The notes under the pieces: generated by a model
The model's input: only the letters and a program-made list of their open reading frames with translations
Told to the model about the DNA's origin: nothing
The model's database searches: none
Source: a virus
Virus record (IMG/VR): IMGVR_UViG_3300034683_000142
Coordinates: 1 to 64,000 of that record
Length of the DNA stretch: 64,000 nt
Strand: one strand, 5' to 3'
Shown: positions 48,901 to 61,000 of the stretch, one piece after another
Numbering within the stretch: the first letter of the stretch is position 1
Layout: each line of letters opens with the position of its first letter
Program-made: the position numbers and the translations under genes

Positions 48901-51900
48901 GGTAATATAATTAAAAATACTTCTGATATAGATGATAAATACTTATCAGAAGTAGATGAAAATGGCGTATCTAATAGAGAAAATGCTGAAAATATAATAA
49001 ATGAAATTGTTGCTAGACAACCGTCTCAAGCTCTAGATACTAGATTTTTAATAGATACTTATAATAGCATAATTGATAATAGGAATGCTGATATTATAAA
49101 TACTATTAATAGATTAGAAAGCAAAGAAAATAAAACTGAAGAAGATTATCAAGTTATAGATTCATTAAAAAAATCTATATTTAGTGTAGGTTTAACTTAT
49201 GCTGAAAATCCTGCTGCTTACGAAGAGGAAAAAGAAAAAGCTAAAAATAAAATCATAACAGAAGTAGAATCCAGATTTCCAGAATTATTTACAGAAAATG
49301 AACCTAATGAATCTAAATTATCTAAAGTAGATTCTATATTAGAAAATTATACTGTATTAAAACAAAACAGTGCTTTATATGAAAAAACTGTAGATGATAT
49401 AATAAAAGATGAAGTTGGAGAAGTAAAAGAAAATTTTGATGATTATAGTAGAAGTGATTTAATAAATATCTTTAACAGATTAAAAAATATTGGTATTCTA
49501 GACCAAATAAGTCTCAAATATAGTGATATAAATGAAGAACTAGAAAAAATAGAATCTGGTGAGTATGATAAAGATACTTTAAAAAATATTTTAAGTATTA
49601 CTAATGAACATATTTTGGAATCTAAAGCTATTCTAGGTAATCCTAAATATGAAGATTTGCTTAATAAGTTATCAAATATAAATGAAGAATTATCAAAAAA
49701 TCTTAATTTATATACTCCAGATATTATGAAATTACAGAATGTAGCTTTTAGTACTATAATAAGAGCACTAGATTCTGGAATTTTAGATAGAGAGTTGTTT
49801 AATGAAGCTAAGAATATAGTGAATAATGATTTACTTGTAGCTAAAAATAAACTCTTTAAAAATGGTGATAATTTAAGTAATGAGGATTTCATAAATATTA
49901 TTAACAGCATTGATACTATAGTAGATAGAATAAGTTCTTTATCTCCAGATGTATTCTTTAGTGATGAATCTTTAGGTGATTATGAACCTTATGAGGGTTT
50001 GTATCTTATGACTTTAGCTGATTTGTTACAGACATATGATGCATTTTATTCTGGAGATTTCTCATCTATTCCTGATTTCTTCAAAGAAGAAGGTAGATAT
50101 ATGGATGAGGAAGATTTTAACTACTATTCTGAAAAGTTTAAAAATGAATTCGGAGAAGATTGGCCATTATTAAGAAAAGTATTAGAGAATTTTGATGACC
50201 CAGATGCGTATGCTTCTTCTGTTATTTTAAACATTAGTTCAGGTTTAAATAAGAATTCTGTAGGTAATGCTATAAATAACTATGAAATACTGTCCAAATA
50301 CGAAAAGAATACTAATAATTTTATTTCTAATCCTTTATATGATTTTTTAAGAAAATATTTTATATCTTTGGATTCTGGTAAAAAACCATTAACTATTTTA
50401 GATATACTTCAAAGAGAAGAAACTTCTTATAATGCAGCTTCTGGTGCTTCTAATTTTATATCTGATGATATAAGAGAACAAGATGTTAGACAAGCTATAC
50501 AGATGCTTGAGTTATTAAAAGTAAATATAATGGCTGCTAGCCAATCAGATGTTAATGGAGAGTTGCTAGGATTTATAACTTTAAGAAAAAAATATGCCGA
50601 AAAATCTGGAATAAAAGATGATGTTCTTGATTTAAGAACTATATCATCTGATGAAGGACAGTCTATGATTAATGATATAGATCGTCTTATAATAAGATTA
50701 GATTTTATATCTGGATTAGCCACTTTTAATAGGAAGAGAACTGCTGTAGAACAGGAAGAAATAGGTAGAAAAATGGATAATGTTCTACTAAGTACTTGGG
50801 ATACTATTATAAAAAGTGAGATAGGTAATGAATTCATACCTTTAGAAGCTATACAAAATGCTTTAAGTTCAAATAAAAAATCAAGTGCTAAGTTATTAGA
50901 TATAGAAGATGCTGTATATGAGCATAATAAAAATAGAAAAATAGATGCTTTTAGAGTTTTAATAAGAAATTTTGAAGGAGCTGTAGTTGGAGAAAGGTCT
51001 AATATAACCAAAGATATGACTTCAGCAGATGTAGTTCAAATGGATTTAATAAACTATTTAGCTACTACTTTAGCAGTTAAATCTTCTAGCTATTGAACAA
51101 GAAGAAGGAAGAATCTTGAAAGAGAGGGTAAAGCACCGTTTTATATGCAGGAGTTAGTTGCAAAAGAAACTTATGCTTCTATAGTTAATCCAGATCTATT
51201 TGCAGAAACCTTTAATGTAAAGAAAAATGCTTTAAAAGATGATACTAGTTCAATTACTATAGTATTAGGGTCTGCTGGTTCTGGAAAAACTACAGCTATT
51301 ATGGGTTCTGTTATAAATGATATAAAAGATTCTAATCCAAAATCAACAATATGGTTAAGTGCTCCCAGTCAACTACAAACTGATAATCTTACTAAAGCAA
51401 TAATTGATGTAACAGGCAACGAAGGATTGTATTATACTAGCTTTAATAAGAAACAATTATTTTCACAGTTTGGAAGTGAGGTAGAAAAGTTATATGATAG
51501 AATTCAAGATAGTATAAGAAATCTTGACAGTGTTAAGACTTATACTTGGGAACAACATCAAAAAGGTGAAGATAGGTCTGAACTATTTAGCATAGTAAAT
51601 GATGCTTTATTTTTTAATATCCCAGAAGATATATATGATAAAATAGACTTAAGTAAAGCTCCAAATTTATTAATAATAGATGAGGTAACTCACTTTTCTA
51701 ATCCAGAATTACAACTGTTACATGCTATATCTCAAGTTTCTAAAAAGAGTAATAGCAATTTTATGAAAGTTGTTGGTCTTGGAGATCAAAATCAGCTAGG
51801 TTATAAAGTTAAACATTTAAATCAATATATAAATTTCAATATAGAAGGAATAAATGCAATATTTACTCCTGTACTATTAACATCTGTAAGAGCTAGTAAT

Positions 51901-54900
51901 GATCAACAAAGAGTAAATAATGATTTACTTCTTAATTTGGCATCTAAAGCAGACAATATAACTTCTGATATTGCAGATGTAGCAACTGCTAATGCTATGG
52001 TTAGGTCTATGCTTAGTGATGTAAATGTAGTAACTGGACTTAAATACTATTTAGATAATAATTCTTTTAAAGGTACTTATATAGCTCATTCTTATAGAGA
52101 TTTAAATCCTCTTTCTGTTATTGCAAGAGAGTATAAGAATGGCAAAAAGAATAATAAAACTGTTACAATTGGAGTTATAACTTCTACTGGGGATATTGAT
52201 GAAGAGTTATTAAGTAGTTTGGATAAAGTCGGGCTTTCTAAGGATGACATTACAATATTTAGTGCTAATAATGTTCAAGGTAGTGAAGTTGACTACATGA
52301 TTTTTGGTACAGAAGATATATTGAAATATGATAAGCTTAAAGAAAATCTAAGAGCATTATATACTTTTGCATCTAGAAGTAGGTCTGCTAGTATTATAAT
52401 AGATCCAGATAATAAATTAAATGATGTATTAAGTATTACGAATGCAGATAAATCTTTATATTATATAGATTATGATCCATTAACCCCTACTTTAATAGAA
52501 GATCTTAAAAAGAAAAGATTGCAGGATTTAGATGAGTTGTTAAAAAATATTGATAGTCAGTTAGAAGATTTTAAATGGATATCAGGAATTACTACAACAA
52601 CCCCTAGTACAGATATTGATTTTGGTGCAGTTGCTAATCCAAATTTATATTTAGATACTCCAGAGGATAACAAAAGTCTTAAAATAATGAGTGGGAAAAT
52701 TAAAGCTAATGACTTTAAAATAATGCTTCATTCATTTTATAATAGTCCTGGAGCTAAATTATCTATAGAAGATGGGAAACCCTCAAAAATAACTGTAGAT
52801 AAAGAAATGCCTAATTTTGACTTAAATGGATTAAAGAATGTAACTTCTAAAGATAAAGCAAAAAATATAGTAAATCAATGAGTATCTCTTAAGTATAATA
52901 TATTAAATAAAAGACCAATAAAATCTACCGACTATAAGGATTACTTAAGTCATATATTTGCGGGAAACTTTAATAACCCTACTAATATAAATGTAGAATA
53001 TATGACTGTAGTCCAAAGATATAATGAAGAATATCATGACCCTTATGCTAAATATGAAGGAGATTCTAGTTTATATTTAAAGAACACTGATTTATTCATA
53101 AATTTAGTAGCAAAAATATCTATAGGTGATAAGAGCCATTTTATAACTTTGGCAAATTTTCCTACTAAAGATACTTTACTTTCAGAAGGTTTAAAACAAG
53201 TCGATGGGGATGTTTCTACATTAGAATCTAAAATAAATGATTTTTATGATAAGCTAGAACATGACATACCATTAGATTTTAAAGGATTTAAAAAACTTAA
53301 TAATATAGATATTAGCAGTTTTCAACCAATTACTAGTACTAGATTAGTAACCAAAGATTTAGATAATAAATCTATCTACACATTAGATACTTTATCTGAT
53401 AAAATACCAGGATTAAAATATAGTACTATAAAAATATTTCCTGGAAATATAGATGATTTCAAAAATTATGTAAATAAGTACACCTTTGGAGAAAAAAGAT
53501 CTGATGAAGAATTAGGAAAACTATTTAATATATTAAAAAACAAGCCACATATAATAATATCCTTTGATTCTGATTTAAATGGTTCTAATGAAAATAGTCA
53601 GGCTAAGTTAATGCCGATAGGATCCAAATCAAGAAAGTTAAATGAGCTTATTGATGAAATACTTAATCTAAAGAAAGATGCTAATATAGAATTAACTCAA
53701 TTTTATAAAAATACTAGTAATGGTGTTTATACTCCAAGTAAGGAATTAAATGCTAAATTTGAGACAGTTTTAAATCCTTCTCAAATACTAGATATGTTAA
53801 TAAAGTGAGTGCAAACTGATATTGATATAAATGGGGATAATATTAAATTAATAGACTTATTATCTAGAGAGATTAATTTTGAGAATACTAATGATATTTA
53901 TCAAGGTAATAAATCTATATTAGATCTTATAAATAATTTCAAAGAATCTACTGTTACTGGAGAAAAACTAAAAGATGTTATAAAAATAGTAAAAGATACC
54001 ATAAATAATAATCCAAAAGCTGAAGCTAAAGAAATAAAGGATTCTGTTATCAAACAGATTAGAAAAGGTTATACTGGGTGACATTGGAACTTCTATAATT
54101 TATTTGCTTATGCTGATATAATAGATCAATCTTTTAAAAAGAAGATTTTTGAAATGGTAAAATCTGGCTATCTTATAGATAGAGATATAGATTTTGAGTC
54201 TGAAGGATTAAAAGAACTTAAGGGTAATATTGAAAAACTATTTTATCCTATAAAAAATTGAGGATTTTACTATAATGTTCCTATAAGTTTAGATAAAAAT
54301 TCTAATATTGTAGCTAATGAATATATAAGTGGAGAACATGGGTTTAGTCCTAAATATTTTTCTGATAAATTCTTTATAACATCTACTCCAGAAGGGCCAA
54401 GACTTTTATTAGATTTTAATTCTGTAATAAATAGTAATCCTACTATTGTGGATGAAAATAAAGCTGAACCAGTGCCAGATATAGTAAAAGAAGTTACAAG
54501 AAACACAGAAAAAGAACCTATTTTGGATTTAATTAAAGAACAAACTCTAAATACACCGAGAAATCCTATTTCAAGTACTAACAGTGATTCTACAGTATAT
54601 AATAATACTATAGATATATCTAGTATAGAAATCAAAGATGTTAATGGAAATATTATAAAACCATTTACTGACTTTAATGTAGATATATTACCAGGTCTCT
54701 TAGATGGTGCTAATATGTTAAATAGAAAGGATGAAGCTATTAGTAAAATTAATGATGCTATAAATACTTTAGTTACTACTATATCAACAGGTTCAAATAT
54801 ACTTGGGGTTCCTAAAACTGGGTATGAAGCTATTAGAGACTTTTTAATATCATTAGCAGAGTTTGGAGATGGTTATGTAGAAGACGGTGATTTACCAACT

Positions 54901-55032
54901 TCAATAGATATTATTAAAGCTTTTTATGGAGAAATTTCTAAATTACCTAAAGAAGTTAAAGAAAAAATAAAGAATTCTAATTTTAGAAATTCTTTAAATA
55001 AATTAATAAAAAATATTAATCAATGTAAATAA
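45946..55032 (+). CDS. Giant cargo protein, 3028 aa, containing an SF1 helicase-like P-loop domain
   Basis: Nine track ORFs in one frame joined by TGA. GSAGSGKT, LIIDE, GDQNQ, VQGSEVD and LYTFASRSR at about 51260-52390. Confidence 0.8.
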
Positions 55033-58000
55033 TGCATACTTGTAGTAATAAAATTCAGAAACGCATTATCGAGGCTATGGATAACTACCTCCTTGATGCT
55101 GATAATCCTACATTTTTAGATTTAGAAGAGTATATAGCAGAAGAACTTGGAAGAGATACTTTTAGTTTTAAGGAAGTATCCGATAATGCTCCAATAATTA
55201 CAAAATTAAAGGACATATTTGGTGAAGATATAGACTTGTCATCTGACGAGTCTATATCTCACTATTCTAATATATTAAAGGATGTAAAATCGTACTCTAT
55301 AGATGATTTGTTTCATGGTATTCCAGCTGCTAAAGTAGAGTTTGATAGCTATGTTAAAAGAGTTGTAATAGGAGAAGGTGTATTAGGTAAAAACAATGAT
55401 GATACCTATGCAGTAAATGATGAACAGTTAAATAATAATTTTACTAGAATAAAAAGTGATTTATTTAACAAAATTCAAGATTTTCTAATCAGTAAAAATT
55501 TATATCATGGGGATATTCTGCCTTTATATAATGAAGAAGGAGTAGCAAATTATGATAGTTATGTAAATATAATGACTATTATTAATGATTATTTTTTCAA
55601 TAATCCAGAAATACCTATTATAAAATCATATACTAATAAGAAAATACCTAATCTATCAGTAAGTGATGCTAATAAGCCTATATTAGAAGCATACTATAAC
55701 ATGATTTTACTTTCTAATTTTGATACTGTTATAAGTACAAAATTTAAGAATTTCTTTAAAGTAAATTTAAATAAATTTAATCTATTAGATTCTGGGTTTG
55801 GAGAAAATTTGAAATACTATTTAAAATTTGATCCAATAACTACTCCATATTGAAGAAACGATAATCACCAATCTGATAGCTCTGAAGAAAGAACTGATGA
55901 ATTTACAAGAAATATTGTAAGTATCATACCTTTGTATAATAAGTATGGTGTTAAAACTGACGAGTATCTTGAGGTAAATGATCTTTATTTAATAGCTGCT
56001 AAAGTATCTGAATTTGAATTACGAGAAGGCAATAGGCTAAAGAATCAAAATACCAGCTTTGACTATTTTAATAGTAATCCTATAGAAAAACTCAAATGGT
56101 ACATAGAAAATATTAACAAAGCTATAAGTAGGGAATCAGATTCAATACAAGAATTAAATAGATATTTTGATTCTATATATGATAAGATATTATCTATTGA
56201 TAAATTTATAAATGAATCTGAATATAATATAGCTAAAAAAGAGGTTAATTCTGGAAATTCTATATTAGGTTATATAGCACAAGTAATTAATAACAATTAT
56301 GGAACTTCATATGCATCTTATGATATTAAAGGAAAATATAATGTACAAGAAATGTATAACCAAGATTTTAACTCAACTAGGGTTCAAAGTACTGTATTTT
56401 CTACGTTAAAGATGCACTATGCAGATAAGGATTTTTATAATATATCGGATGACTTTGAAGAACTTTTTCCTAATAGAATAGATACAGTTGATAACATATT
56501 ACATGCTGTAGAATCTGGTGAAATAGACTACAATAAATTAAATAAATATATAACTTCTAAAACAGGTATAGCAATGTCTAAACAATCTTTAATTAATACT
56601 ATTAAAGATGTTTCAGTACATAATAAAAATGGCAATCCTGTTAACGGTATAGAATTTAAAAGTATGCTTAAAGAATTAATGTTAAATCTTAAAGCTGATT
56701 TTAGTTCTGATACATTTAGAGAAGCTGTAGCATTATCTAACGATAAATCTGTTAGGTTAGATTCAACTGTTGGTAAGTATTTATCAAATACAGTAAAAAA
56801 TCCATTATTTATAGCTCTAAAAAATTCTTTCATAGATAAGTTTACTGTAAAAGTAGTAATGAATGCTAATACAGCAAATGGTGATACAATACCTTCTTTT
56901 AAAATAGGAAATCTTACATACAAGGACACACAGTTATTTGACTTAAGAAGACAATATGAAAGAGAAAATCCAAATGGATTTTTTAAAAGTTTGTTATTGA
57001 AAGACAGTCCAGCTATTCTTGGAACTTTGACTAAACTAGAAGTAGTTAGAAAAGGAAGAGCCAAAGACTATTCTAAACTTACTCCAGAAGAACAATTTAT
57101 ATCCGATTTTAATTATGACTTTTTAAAGAGTTTAAATTATTTTGGAAGATTTTCTGTAATATTAGGAAACTATTCTGATAAACCAACAATACTAGCCAAA
57201 ATTATAAATGGAGATTTTAAGTTAACAGAAAATGGCAAGCCAATTGTCAGGGAGTCTATTGATACTATATTAGAAACTGTAAGAGTACAGTCTTTTTCTT
57301 ATTATTCTGATTTATTAGATAGTATATTTTTAGATTATAAAAATATATTTGATATATTAGGTATTAAAAATAATATAGATTTAAATTGGAAAAATAATAA
57401 TAAATTAGAAGACAATGTAAAAAACATAAATGATATTCTTAAAGTTAATAGTATATCAAGTATAAATGATAGGCTCGCTGATATATCCCCAGATAAGAGA
57501 CCAAATTTGTTAATGCAAGAACTTCACTATTCTAAATATTCTAATGGAACTTTTTTAAATAATCTTATCTTAGATAATTACCTAATATTTTCAGATAGTT
57601 CTAAAGATGGGTTGTTTTATAATATGTTTGTTCCTAGAACTGAAAGTTCTTTCATAACTAAATTTTCTAAGTTTTCTAATCCAGATTCTTTACATATAGA
57701 CAAGAATGAAATTGATAGTTATTTAAATTTATTAAGTATAAATAGAGAAGACTTTAAGTCAAAGAACGGTAGTAAATCTACTTATGAATATGATTCTTTA
57801 CTTATAAATAATAAATTAAATCCATTTGTAAAGAAATGGCTTTGATTAAATTCTTTATTTAGAAATGAGTATTTATATATAGGAGTAAAAGGAGAGTATA
57901 TGCATCCTCATAAGAGCAATATACTTTTTAGATTTGGAAGTGATGATAAAAACTATTGGGATAATTACTTTTTAGAAATGTCTAAAAGGATGATTCCATT

Positions 58001-61000
58001 AGGTAAAAGAAATGTTACTTATACTGCTTCTATAGAATCACCTATTAGAAATTCTAAAAGAGGTGTTCCAGATAAGATTAATGTTGCTGCAATAGAGGAT
58101 TATAAATCTAATATATATACAACTTCTGGGTATAAAAAAATTGGAGCAGATTCACATGATGGCTCTTCTTTCTTAGATTATGTATATAGTAAAATGGTTG
58201 ATGAATCTTTTCCTGGAAAAGGTTATTCTGGAACTAAAAAACAGTTTGCTACCTTTGTAACCCCATATGGTGTCACAATTAAAAAAGATGCAGAATCAGT
58301 TATAACTAATGCTAAAATACTAGCATCTGGAGATTCTGACATTAATCTTCTTCATATTAAATATAAGATGCTAAACATTCCTATAGGAGATGCTGTAAGA
58401 TTAACATATAATTCTGGGAGTTTAGCTAATTATTATATAATAAGAAATGGTGTTAGACTTAGAGTAAATTCTATAAAGATAAACAATGATGATGGTGGTA
58501 ATTATATAAGTATAAACTATTCTAAAGGAATAGAAAAGGATGGCCAAATTATATATACTGGCTCTATAGACACTAAAGAATATATAGATACTTTATATGA
58601 TATATGAAATCATATAGGTGCACAATACTCAATAGATGTAAATGGAAACTTTAACGAAGAATCTAATGAAAGGTTATATGATATAGTTATAAATACTAAC
58701 AATGGTATTTTAAAAACTAAAATGATTCATATACTTTCTAATGTATCTGCATTAAAAGCAGGAGCTGCTGGAGTTAATAGTGTTTCTAGATGAAAGAGTT
58801 GGGATTCGTTATTATATTCTACTTATAATAGTAGATTTATGGGGCCTCAGTTGGATGCTTCTCATGAAGCTGATCAATCTGAAATTAGGGAAGTATCTCA
58901 AGTTATTTCAGCTTTATCACAAGGAGGTTTTACAGCTGATATAGCTGATGAAGCCTATAGAGATATAGCTAATGTCATAGCTAAGTCTATGGATAAGTAC
59001 TTAAAACATATGAAAGTAGATAATGTTGATAAGAATGCATTATATAATATGTTAAGTGCAAAATTCATTAGAAGCATACAAAAATCTGATAGAGAGGAAA
59101 TAACTAAAGACCTTATAAATATTTTATTAGATAATGGAGTACCTGTACCATTTAGTAATCAAAATTTTTATAATTTATATGTAAGAGAAATAATAACAAC
59201 TCTAAATAATGACTTTATATCTAGAAATTATCCTGGAATAGGTGGAGTGTTGATACCATCTCATGGTATGATACAACTCTACGATGTATTAGATGGAAAC
59301 AAATGGATAACTGTTACTCAAGAAGATATTGTTAAAGAAGCTTTATCAGTTCTTAGAAATAATGAAAAAGTACCTGTAAACAGTATTAAATTATATGACA
59401 CAGTAGTAATAGGTGGAATAGAGTTATCAATTGATACAGAGCAAAGATTAAGATGGTTGAAAGATAACTATAGTGATAGACTTGTTGAAAAAGTACCTGA
59501 ATGAAATAATGAAGATTTTGTAAACGAATATATAGTTAATAAATTAAAAGATATTTTAGTAAATTCTGAAGACATAGAATTAGGTGATACTATAAGAATA
59601 GATGGAGAAGCTATTACATTAGATACTCCAGCTAAATATTATTCTTTTAAAGAAAGTGGGCCATCTACTGTATATAGAGTTTTATCTAAACCTAGAGACT
59701 TAAAACCAACTTTACATACTTTTAAAGAAATAGTATATGATCCACAAACTAATTCAGAAATTACTATACACAAAAATACTTTTGATATTCAACCTTTAGC
59801 TTTATTATATAAATATACAGAAAATATATTAAATGATAAGGACAAAATTATTATCAATAATATAAAAAATTATATTGGCAATGAGAATATAGTTAAGTTT
59901 TTAAGAGCTTGGTATCAGAGAGATCTTCAATTATTAGATCACGGTTTAATAATGAAAGAACTTAAAGAAACAGATAATGTATCAGAATATTTTAAGAATG
60001 ACAATGTATTAGAGGATATATTACAAGATGTATTATCTTATTATCAAAATAATGCAAATAAAATAGTTGATTTAAGATTTAAGCCTGCTGAAATAATGAT
60101 GCCAGACATCTATAAATCTACTTTTAATAGAGACGATAATGATAGTTTGTATAGGATAAAAAAAGAGGGGCCTAAATACTTTAAAAATAAATTTGATATA
60201 TTATATGACTATGATAATACAGAAGCTGATATAAAAATTGTAACTAGTGATGTTAGTAATCCTGTTTATATAAGACTTGTAACTAAATTAACTGGTGTAA
60301 ATAATGTAAATATAAAAAGAAATCCAGATGTTGATTATGAGTTATACTCTAGATATAATGAGGTTGGTGATAGGTTATACGATTTAGTAGATTATAAAAA
60401 CATTAGAGCATTCTCTGAGGGAGGAAAAGAAATAATAGAAATTAAAGTTGGATATACTGATAAGAATGGTAAAAATATTCTTAAGAGAAATGCATTTGCT
60501 AATGTAGAAAGACTGATAAAATCTTTTACAGATATAAGAGCTATTGTCCCACTAAATAATGGAAATATTAGTTCAGCTTATTATAGTAATATAGTAAGTA
60601 AAGAGGAAATGTTAGATATATCTGAACAAGAAATAAAAAATGTAAAAAATGATGATTCTTTAGATCCTGTAAATGTATATTCTAATATATCAAACATATT
60701 TTCTAAATATAACGATATTAATCTAGTTGGAATAGATACCTCAAATAAAAATTGATTTTCTAGTAATAAAGAATTAATTTTAAATAGATTAGCTAATTCT
60801 ATATATGCTTCTTGGGAAAAATCTCATGATGTAGTAGCTTCTCGTATTCCTTCTCAATCTATGCAATCATTTATGCCTATGCGTAATGTTGGATATATAA
60901 AAGGTAATACAAATGATGTATATGTGAGTGTACACCAGATATTTCTACAAGGTTCTGACTTTGATGTGGATAAGGCTTATATATTAGGACATGGATTCTT

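Noticed and set aside
212-57064. Minus-strand ORFs in the track (e.g. 49443-49910, 50427-51011, 56528-57064)
   Set aside because: They lie wholly antisense to long plus-strand genes and have the Leu/Ser/Ile/Phe-rich composition of shadow ORFs.
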